A stretch of 64,000 nucleotides of DNA from positions 1,686-65,685 of the forward strand of contig LBRD01000008.1 of assembly GCA_000991245.1 (NCBI GenBank). Reading direction: 5' to 3'. Source of the stretch: Parcubacteria group bacterium GW2011_GWC1_36_108 (GTDB lineage Bacteria; Patescibacteriota; Minisyncoccia; Moranbacterales; GWC2-37-73). Position 1 is the stretch's first letter. Every line of letters begins with the position of its first letter. The notes beneath the pieces were generated by a model. That model did no database searches. It was not told where the DNA came from and was given only the letters and a program-made list of their open reading frames with translations. Both the position numbers and the translations under genes were made by a program. Shown here piece by piece: positions 17,301 through 27,100 of this stretch.

Positions 17301-20300
17301 GCAAAGGAATAATTATCATAAATTCCATAAGAAGCTTGCCCATATATTAATGAATTTATGATATTTATCACTGAGGTATTATGATAACTTATTTGAATAC
17401 CAGTATTGCTTCCAGTTGTAACTGGTCCACCACGTATAATGCAATCTTTTATTGTTGTAACTCCACTTCCAGCATTTAGAGAATAGCTAGAGGAACCTCC
17501 ATTTCCTCCTGGAGCATATGCATATGTTTGAATGCCCTCAATTTTATTAAACTGAGTCCCTATACTCATTATTACGCCATAATCAGGAAGTTTTAACTTG
17601 TATTTCCCATCGTCCCATTTCCCCTGATGCCTTTGCGAATTATTCGCTTCAGTGGAAGCATTATTTGGTGTATAAATTTTAATAAAATTATTTGCCCCGG
17701 TAGTGTAGCCAGAAACAACAACTGCAGTCGTGTCTGCAGCGCTATCATAATAGCAAGGGAAATTAAGTTGATAATTTCCTGTCACTAAATCCGTAGTATT
17801 CAAATGATTAGCATCAATTGCTCCAGTGACTGCAGCAGAAAGAGAAGTGTATTCATGTTTAATTGAAACGACGGTTGAAGTTGTGATGTCAGCAGGAACT
17901 GCTCCAGTTTTTGTCACAAGATTCCAAACTGAAGTTGATGTTTTTCAGCAACTGATTGCCCGACAGAATAATAGATTGCGGTTGCTGCTTCGTCGGCGCC
18001 GATATCCCATATTGTGCTTGAAGATGATGGACGGGTTTGATTGTCGATGTCAGTGTTGAATGCAAAATTAGCATCCGCTGATAAGTCGCTACCAGAATTC
18101 TTCGCTGATGTGTCGCTAGGACTCAAGTGGAAATCCTTATTGGCTACGTCGACAAAAGATACTGTCTGATTTATCTTTGAATTGACTGGGTTGGTCAAAT
18201 TATTGGCAGTTGCGTCAGAAGAAATATTATTAACGGAACTTTTTCCATCATTCAGGTAAGCTGATACAACATTATAATCAATTACATTTCCAAATGCGAT
18301 ATTATTACCAAAACCAGCCAAAGATTTATACATATTTGTACCACCAAAATACGCTCCAGTCCCACACCCATACATTGTATTATTATAATAAACATTATTA
18401 CTATAATTACCCTGTTGATCAATGCTTAATCCAGCCACATCAAAATTATAAATAATATTATTAAAAGATTTAAAATTATATCCAAAACGAACAGCTATAC
18501 CACTGTGACCAGTAGTACTTGATTCTCGTTTTAAAATGGAATTTTTAAGTGTTACATAATCAGCATAAGAATTACCAAAAGCATTGGTTGATAACGTGCC
18601 AGCCACAGAAATTTGTAACCCTTCAATTACAGTGTAGTCCTGGTCATTATTGATATATAAAGCATTTGTGCCAGTTGCAGGCACGAGTTTGTATTTCCCA
18701 TCATCCCATTTTCCAGAATGCCTTTGACTCTGATTTACTTCGGTTAAAATATTATTCGGCGTATAAATTTTTATAAAATTACTTGCCCCAGTTGTGTATC
18801 CAGAAACTGTAACCGCAGTTGTATCCGCGCCAGAATCATAGTAGCAAGGGAAATTCAATTGATAATTTCCAGCCACCAAATCCGTTGTATTCAAATGGGT
18901 AGCATCAACTGCGCCAGCTTCGGCAGCTGAAAGTGAAGAGTAGGCGTGGGCGATTGAAGTTACATCGGCATTTGTGACTGCAGTAGGGGCTCCGCCAGTG
19001 GCGGATTGACAACCCCAGACTGTGGTTGAAGTTTTTGATAAAATATAGCAAGCTCCGCCAGTGTAAGTTATCAAATCGCCCACTCCCATATTTGTTGCAG
19101 TTTGCGCGACTGAGAAAGTTGCGGTTCTAGCAATGGCATCTACCGTAACAGTGCCGCTGCCTGTTTCATGAGAATTGGTATTTTGTCCGACACTGTAATA
19201 GATGGCTGTTGCCGCTTCGTCAGCGCCAATATCCCATATTACACTTGAAGACGATGGACGCGTTTGCCCGTCGATGTCAGTATTAAATGCAAAATTAGAA
19301 TCCGCTGATAAGTCGCTACCGGAATTCTTCGCTGATGTGTCGCTAGGGCTTAAGTGAAAATCTTTATTGGCAGCGTCGGCGAAGGCGACAGTGGTGGAAT
19401 TTTTGGAATTCGCACCAGGTGCATCGGCGGCGAGATCGGAAATGTTATAATCTGACCCAGTAAAATTACCAGAGTACACATGAAATCCATCAATATTATT
19501 TTGCGAAATAGAATTTTTTACAACGAAAGTACCGTAATTAGCCCAATAACCGTTGGTTGTATTATATATAGTATTATTATTTGCATACAATATACCGCCA
19601 ATACTATTATTAAATCTCAATCCTATACCACTTGAAGCGTCATATAATATATTATTATAAACCTTATTAATTCCGGAGGAAGCTATATTAACAAGCGTCG
19701 CATTATTACCTACAGTACTCTTTACAATTGAATTGCCAAGTTCCAAATTATTCCCAGCTGCACCAAAAAATATAGCGCCATCTCCGCCAGTTATAAGTGT
19801 TTTTTGTATCTGCAATCCTTGAATTTTTGAATACGGGATATTTACATACAATGCATTAGCCGCATTTGCAACCAATCTATACTTCCCATCATCCCACTTT
19901 CCCTGATGTCTTTGGCTTACATTGGTTTCAGTAGTCGTGCTTGTTGGAGTATATATTTTGATATAATTTGAAACACCTGTCGTATATCCAGAAACTGTCA
20001 CCGCCGTTGTATCCGCTGCACTGTCATAATAACAAGGGAAATTGAGCTGATAATTTCCTGTTACTAAATCTGTAGTGTTGAGATGATTGGCGTCAACCGC
20101 ACCAGTAACTGCAGCAGACAAACTTGTGTATTCATGTTTAATTGAAACGACGGTTGAAGTTGTGATGTCAGCAGGAACTGCTCCAGTTTTTGTCACAAGA
20201 TTCCAAACTGAAGTTGATGTTTTTCCACTTGCAATTGTGACAGTCGGCGTGCCAGTTTTTAAATCAGCAGCAGATTGCCCAATTGAATAGTAGATTGCAG

Positions 20301-20493
20301 TGGCTGCGTGTGCCTGTGAGGAAAACGCGAAAAAACCGATAGCGAAAAATGCCGCCGCCAAGAAAAATCGAACACCCGTAGAGACGCGATTAATCGCGTC
20401 TCTACCATGCGCGTCTCTATCACGATTTTTTGAAAAATATTTTGTTATTTTTACCAATCGCTCATGAGCGAAAGGTTTTGATTTTAGATTCAT
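14324..20493 (-). pseudogene. Giant surface-protein paralog split into two overlapping ORFs (896-aa N-terminal part 17914-20604 and 1197-aa C-terminal part 14324-17917) by a frameshifting intragenic deletion; either a pseudogene or an assembly collapse in repeats
   Basis: The N-terminal ORF has a signal peptide (…GVRFFLAAAFFAIGFFAFSSQAHA|ATAIYYS) and the same module types as 3541-12495. It stops at …AIYYSVGQSVAEKHQLQFGIL*. The next ORF restarts 4 nt earlier, mid-module (MTKTGAVPADITTSTVV…), and carries three C-terminal LamG-like domains. At the junction about 140 nt of an otherwise conserved module are missing. Confidence 0.6.
20378..20424. repeat. REP palindrome (identical 28-mer to 3505-3532) plus a partial extra arm, lying in frame in the 5' region of the giant paralog
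   Basis: gtagagacgcgattaatcgcgtctctac-catgcgcgtctctatcacg, translated in the ORF as …NRDRDAHGRDAINRVSTG…. Confidence 0.75.
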
Positions 20494-20551
20494 TTTTTCA
20501 TGCTTAAGTTTCTTAAGACACTTAAGGTTCTTACTAAGATTCTTATGTTTC

Positions 20552-21115
20552 TTAATATCCCCTGTATTCCCGTCTTTTTCTGTGCAACTCCTCTGAAAGA
20601 CCACCTTCTTTTTGATGCTTCAATTTCAACGCCTCAACTTGGCGATGGAGAAGCAATGTTGCTTGATGGCAAAGCGTCAGCAGAAAATTTGCAGCTTCTT
20701 CACTTTGCTCTGGTAGTTCAATTGTTTTCAGGAGCTCTTCGGTTTCATACTCCTTGTTTAAGACGCTTAAGTTACTTAGGTTTCTTACGAGTGTCGCGCT
20801 TCGCGCTCGCAGTGCGAGTACTCGCGAGTCATTTTTGTCCCATTTAGAAAGTTTTCTCTGACGCAAAAAATCTTCCAGATCACCAGTCAATTCTTCCAAG
20901 GACCCCTTGGCGATGCCCGTGAGGTTGATGGCCACTTTTAGAGAAACATCCATGTCATCCGAGCCTTCCACGATGTTTTGTTTTCCACTTCTGGCTGCAC
21001 CATCCATTTGCTCTTTCAGTTTCCAACTTTTTATCCATTTTTCAGCAAACTCAACCTCTCGGTCATAGATGATGACCGAAAACCAATAGGTATAAAGTTT
21101 TTTGTATGGTTGCAT
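20552..21115 (-). CDS. Four-helix-bundle protein paralog (Avd-like/TIGR02436 core plus C-terminal extension)
   Basis: QMDGAARSGKQNIVEG…GIAKGSLEELTGDLEDFLRQRKL, and a C-terminus matching the 13656-14219 product. Confidence 0.6.
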   Translation of the reverse strand: MQPYKKLYTYWFSVIIYDREVEFAEKWIKSWKLKEQMDGAARSGKQNIVEGSDDMDVSLKVAINLTGIAKGSLEELTGDLEDFLRQRKLSKWDKNDSRVLALRARSATLVRNLSNLSVLNKEYETEELLKTIELPEQSEEAANFLLTLCHQATLLLHRQVEALKLKHQKEGGLSEELHRKRREYRGY

Positions 21116-21155
21116 AAGTTTTTTAAGATTCTTGGATTACCTAAGTTTCTTCATG

Positions 21156-24100
21156 TCACAATTTTTCCTCCATAATTATCCAGTCAAAAGAAACGTCTTC
21201 AGTGACAAGATTCTTTACACTAACAGTAAATCCTTCTCCGAATTTTACTTCGGTGACGGCGATTCCTTGATCAAGGGCTACTTTTGGTGTGATGAAAACT
21301 TTTGAAGAAATATTTGCAGCTTTTGTTTTGACAAAGAAAGTTTTTCCATCGCTCTTTGTGTCATCATCTTTGCCGTCGCCATCCAAATCTTTCTTAATTA
21401 AAGTTATTGATGCATCACCGATTGTGCGAGCTTCTGGGTCTAAGACAGATACGATTAATTTGCCCGTTTCCAAACTTTTGACAGTTAATTTTCCAGCAAT
21501 TGCAATGTCGCCAATATCCTCACCCTGCCCAACACCAAGCAGCATTTTTATCAGTGCAATATCTTGAGTGTTTAAATCAATTTGAGCGATGTTTAATTCA
21601 GAATTTGCCTTGATCTGAAGCTCGGTCATTTGATCTTGTAATGTTTCAGCTAAACTCGTTAGGGAGTTTAGGGAATTTAAGATATTTAAATTGTCATTCT
21701 GAACTTGTTTCAGAATCTGATCAGTGTTTGCCAACTGCGCATCAAGACTTGTTTTTGCAACTGCAACTAATTGATTCACCTGATCTTGAATGTTCATACT
21801 AGCAATGTTTAACGTCACAGCTTCTTCAACTTTTTCCACAGTCAAACTTTGATTTCTGCGTGAAATCAAAACTTGAATTGTTCCTTTTTCTCCAGCAAAT
21901 GATTGAATCGCAACACCAACAGTTGATTCGCCCGCATTAGCTTTTCGCAAATATCCGGCAGACTCTGCAGCTGTCAAATTGTCTCCGATTTGAATTACGC
22001 CATTTTCAGTGGAAACTTTTCCAGGAACCTGTCCGAGCATACCGATTATTTTGTAATTTGGATCATTATCGCGCTCGGTTCCATTTCCATTTCCAACAAT
22101 AGACGGATTTGAAGAAACAATACCCATCACATTATTATCGCCAGAACGTGTGCAGCGTTCAACTGAATTTGCGTTAGTTACATCAACACAAACAACTTCT
22201 CCAGACTGAAGATCAATATCTTTAGTATAAAAATATTCCGCATAATCAGCGCCGTTTGTTAGATAACCGTTTTTAGAATTAATTTTAGAAGAAGCGTGCT
22301 GGACATCCAAAATGTATCCCGGAGTTGTTGTGCCGATACCAACACCAAGCGCATTCATTCCACCTGCACCATCAGAAGTTCCATATAATGTTAACATCGC
22401 GTTTCCATCAAGACTTGCTGTGTAGCTATTAACCACGCCAACAGTTGAAGCAGTTGTTACTGCCATATCAATCCAGCTTATTATTCCAGAATCTGCAGAA
22501 AATTCCTGCGTTCCGATAGAAAGACTTCCGATGCTTGTCACGCCACTTGTATCGATTGAGAATTGACTCGTGCCTGCAATTCCATTGCCTGCAAAAATTT
22601 TGAATTTGTTTGAATCAGTCACATCAACTCCCATTGAGAATTGTTGAGCGCCCGCGCCAAGTCGGAAATAGTTATTTGTGTTATCCCAATAAAGGTTGGC
22701 GTTATTTTGGTCATAAATTCCACTTGCGCCTGCAAAAACTAACGAACCTTGAGTGAATTGAGTGGTTGAACCTGTGCCACCATGAGTCACATCGATTGCG
22801 GTTCCGTTCCAAACTCCAGTTGTTATTGTGCCAAGCGTTGTGATTGAACTTGCGCCAGTCCATGTTCCACCAGCAATTGCAGCCAACTCTGCATTATATC
22901 CTTGGACATTTGTTCCGATTGCAAGTCCAAGATTTGTCCTAGCTGTTGCCGCATCAGTCGCGCCAGTTCCACCATTAGCAACAGCAACCGTACCGGAAAG
23001 ATAGGCAGTTGCATCCCAGCTCCAAACTCCGGCAGTGTTTTTCAGTAAACCGTTTGTTGAAGCTGTTGGTAAAGTATATGTTATATCAGCTGCCTGATCT
23101 CCACCTTGCAAATATGAATAGTATGTTGGAGTTGTGCCTGTTTCAATCAAACCAAGTTTTGCTCCCATTTTTACTGCTAAATTAGAAGTGTTACCGTCAC
23201 CACTGGAAGTTCCATAAATCGTCAGCATTACATTTCCATCAAGCATCGCTCCATAACTTTCAACCGTTCCGTTTGTTGCAGCTGACGTTACAGGCATATC
23301 AGTCCATGAAATTGCTCCTGAATTTTCAGCAAATGATTGCGCGCCAAGTTGAAGACTTGCAATGTTCGTCACTCCATTTGTATCTATCGTAAACTGACCA
23401 GTTCCCGCAATTCCACTTCCAGTTGCAATCTTAAATTTGCTTGAATCAGTCGCATCAACACCCATTGAAAATTGTTGAGCGCCCGCGCCAAGTCGGAAAT
23501 AGTTATTTGTATTATCCCAATAAAGGTTGGCATTATTTTGATCATAAATTCCAGAAGCTCCCGCAAAAATTAATGAGCCTTGAGTAAATTGAGTCAATGT
23601 TCCAGAACCACCACTAGTAACCGGTAAAATTCCAGTAACATTTGTTGAAGCTAAATTGATTGCATTAGCAGTTATTTCCTGACCACTTAATGACAAATAA
23701 TTTTCTCCTGCTATGGTTGCAGAGCTGTGAATTGCTGTACTACTCCAGGTCGGAACTCCAGCGACCAAGGTTAAAACTTGCCCATCCGAACCACGAGTAA
23801 TTTTTCCAAGTGTTGAGGTAGTATCCGCATACAACATATCGCCAATAGAATAAGATGCATAACCAGTTCCACCATATTGCGCACCAAGAGCAGTAGAAAG
23901 TGTCAATGAATTGAATGCCACATCTGATGTTGTGTTGATTGTTTGTGGAAGTGAAATCGTAACTGCACCATTTGCAGCTGAAACAGCAACTTGATTAGCA
24001 GTTCCAGCCAAACTTGTCACTCCAGAGTTAGCAATTGAAATTGAACCAGCTCCATTAGTGATAGAAATTCCAGTGCTGGCGGTTAATGTTGCCAAATCAT

Positions 24101-27100
24101 ATCCTGCTCCATTTCCAATTAACAATGTTCCACTAGCTGCACTTGCACCATTAACACCCGTGCCACCATATTGAGCACCAATTGCACTTCCTTGCCAAGC
24201 ACCAGCCACGACCTGACCGGAAGCATTAACTTGAAAAGCATCGTTTGTTCCAACTGTGAAAAGTGAAGCGGGGGTGTTATCACCAATACCAAAATTTCCT
24301 TGATTAACAACTGTGTATCTACTTGATTGAAAAAGTATATCACTTCCAGATCCAGTTAATAATCTTACGCCACTTCCAGCTAAGGTATTACCAATACTTA
24401 ATTGACTACCTGTTTTAAATATACTGCCATTCACATTTATATTTCCATCGACTTCAAGAGCTTCATTAAGGGTTGCAGTTCCAATCCCCAACCTCTTGGC
24501 TATATTATCCCAAAATAAATTACTATTATCTTCAGAATAAATTCCACTAGCTCCAGCAAAAACCAAAGAGCCAGGCGTGAATGCTCCTGCTCCTGTGCCT
24601 CCATTGGCAACTGGTAAAATTCCAGAAACATTAGACGAAGCTAGGTTAATAGCGCCTGCGGTAATTTGTTGATCAATAATAGAAAGATAATTTTCACCGG
24701 CAAGTGTCACCTGGTCATGCACTGAAGCTGATGTTATATAACCAGAGTCATTCGTCCACATTGAAATATTTCCAGACTTGTTAGTCAAGGTATCAGTGCT
24801 TGAAGCGGTAATATACCCCGCGCTAGCATGATCTCCCCAACCATAAGCAGAATTCCAGTTGGTTATATTGGTGCCAGTAATTCCATTTGCAGCAGAAGCA
24901 ACAAAGATTGGATCGGTTTCAGAAAAACTAGTTAAATAACCCTCACTAGCATGATCTCCCCAACCATAAGCAGTGTTCCAATTGGATGAAGATGATATAT
25001 ATGTGTCATTTATTGCAGTACCTTGCCAAATACCAGCAATGACTTGACCGGAAGTGTTAACTTGAAAAAGATCATTGTTTCCGACTGTAAGCATTGATGC
25101 TGGCGAACTATCACCAATTCCCACATTACCAGTATCTGCATCTATCACCATTAATTCATTTGCTCCAGCTGCTTGCAAATCGCCACCCCTATTAAATGTA
25201 AACTTAGTAAGTTGATGTCCAAAAAATTGATAATTAAATGCGTCTGGTGTTCCAATTCCCATTTTCATAGTTGGAAGAGTGCCATAGATATTAACAGCTG
25301 CTCCTCCGGTATAATTTCCAAAGGATAATTTTGCTCCTGGAGTAATCGTTCCAATTCCCAATCTCTTGTTTGTATTGTCCCAAAATAAATTATCATTATC
25401 TTCAGAATAAATTCCACTTGCTCCTGCGAAAACTAAAGAGCCAGCCGTGAATGTTCCTGCTCCAGTACCTCCTCTTGAAACATTCAAATATTGTTCATTG
25501 CCAAGTGTATTTGTGCCTGTCCAATATGTTACATATCCATTAACGCCTGTGCCTGTGATTCCGCCAACCCCAGAAACCGTTGAACATTGCCAGTCTTTTC
25601 CTGTATTATCCCAAGCTAAAACCTCATTGTTTGCACAACCCTGCAACAATGACAGTTGATTATTCAAAGCGCCGGAAAATTGCATTCCAGAAAAAGATGA
25701 GGTGCTAGCAGTTCCACCATTTGCAGAAAGAAGTGCAATTGAAAGCGTGCCGGTTTCTGTAATTGGTCCTCCTGTAAGACCATTGCCAGAGGCAACATTT
25801 GTTACTGTTCCAATTCCACCACTTCCACCTTCTACTGTTCCCCAATACAAATTACTACTTGCATCAATTTTTAAAACCTGCCCGGATGATCCCGCTGCTG
25901 TTGGAAGTGTGTATGCAATGTCACCAGCTTGTGTTCCACTATTTTGAAAAGCAGTTTTATATGTTCCTGATTTTATATTAAGCGCACCATCAATTGTTGT
26001 TCCTGCGAATGTTGGAGAACTTGTTGTCTGTAAGTTTTGATTTATTGAAACATTTGCTCCGGAAATAGTAAGTGTTCTCGAACTGGTTCCTCCGGCAATT
26101 GTAAATCCATCAGCCGCGGAGGCAAGTGTCAGGCCGTTAACAGTTGAAGGCGTAATACTTCCGAGTGTCAGTGTGATAGCTGGAGTTGTTGTTGCATTTG
26201 CAACTGTTCCGGAAATTCCGTTGGCAGTTGTTACTGAAACTGTTGTGACCGTTCCATTTCCATTGGCAACAATATTTCCATTCAATTTCTGAATAGCCTG
26301 TAAAATTGAATCCGTAGCAGCAATTGTGCCAGCGCCTGACACATAATTTGTGAGTAATTTTCCAGTGACTGCGATGTCAGTGAATGATGCGCTTGGAAGT
26401 GCGTTGGTTGCTAGTGTTCCTTGAGCGCTAGTTGCATACGCTGTTGATGCCGTGAATGCTGCCGTTCCTAGAAGTCCTGTGACTGAATTTAGATTTGCAA
26501 CTGTAGCTGTCATTCCTGTTAGGTTCGTAGCGGTAGCAGCATTTCCGGTTGTGTTTTGATTTAGAGTTGGAACATCGGCTACTGCAATTGCTCTCATGGT
26601 TGGCATTCCTGCTGATCCGTTTGGAGCAGCCCAGAAAAAGTTTGCGGTGCTTGATGAAAATGCTGGAGCGTATGATGAAGCTGCTGTATAAGCGGCAGTT
26701 CCGAGTGTTCCACCTGTTGTAACCGTAAGAGTTTGACCAGCTGCAATGTTTAAAGTGTTTGTTCCGTTGGCTGTAACAGTAAGACCATTGTATGTTTTTC
26801 CGGTAAGCGCTGAAGCAATTTTATTGTCCGCTATCGCAGTTGCATTCCAAGTTCCAGTTGCAATTGTTCCAAGCGTTGTGATATTTGTTGAACCTGCCCA
26901 AGTTGAAAGCGCAATATCTTCAACACTTCCAAGTCCAATATCACTTTTCGTAAGAGTTACCCAAACAAGGTCTGCGCCTGCACCATTTGATTTCAAAAGT
27001 TGTCCAGAAGTACCAGGTCCAAGTAGTGACCAAGTTGGAGATACTCCTTGACCAGCAATTATCGCTCCACGAGTTACAGCAGCAGCAGTCGTATCAGAAT

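Noticed and set aside
12562-21115. Possible diversity-generating retroelement (DGR), because Avd-like four-helix-bundle proteins sit next to giant genes with C-terminal lectin-fold domains
   Set aside because: No reverse-transcriptase ORF (no YxDD-containing ~350-aa protein) is present on either strand of the island. I could not identify a template-repeat / variable-repeat pair: the similar C-termini are simply paralogous LamG domains, with no adenine-specific mismatch pattern. An RT elsewhere in the genome cannot be excluded.
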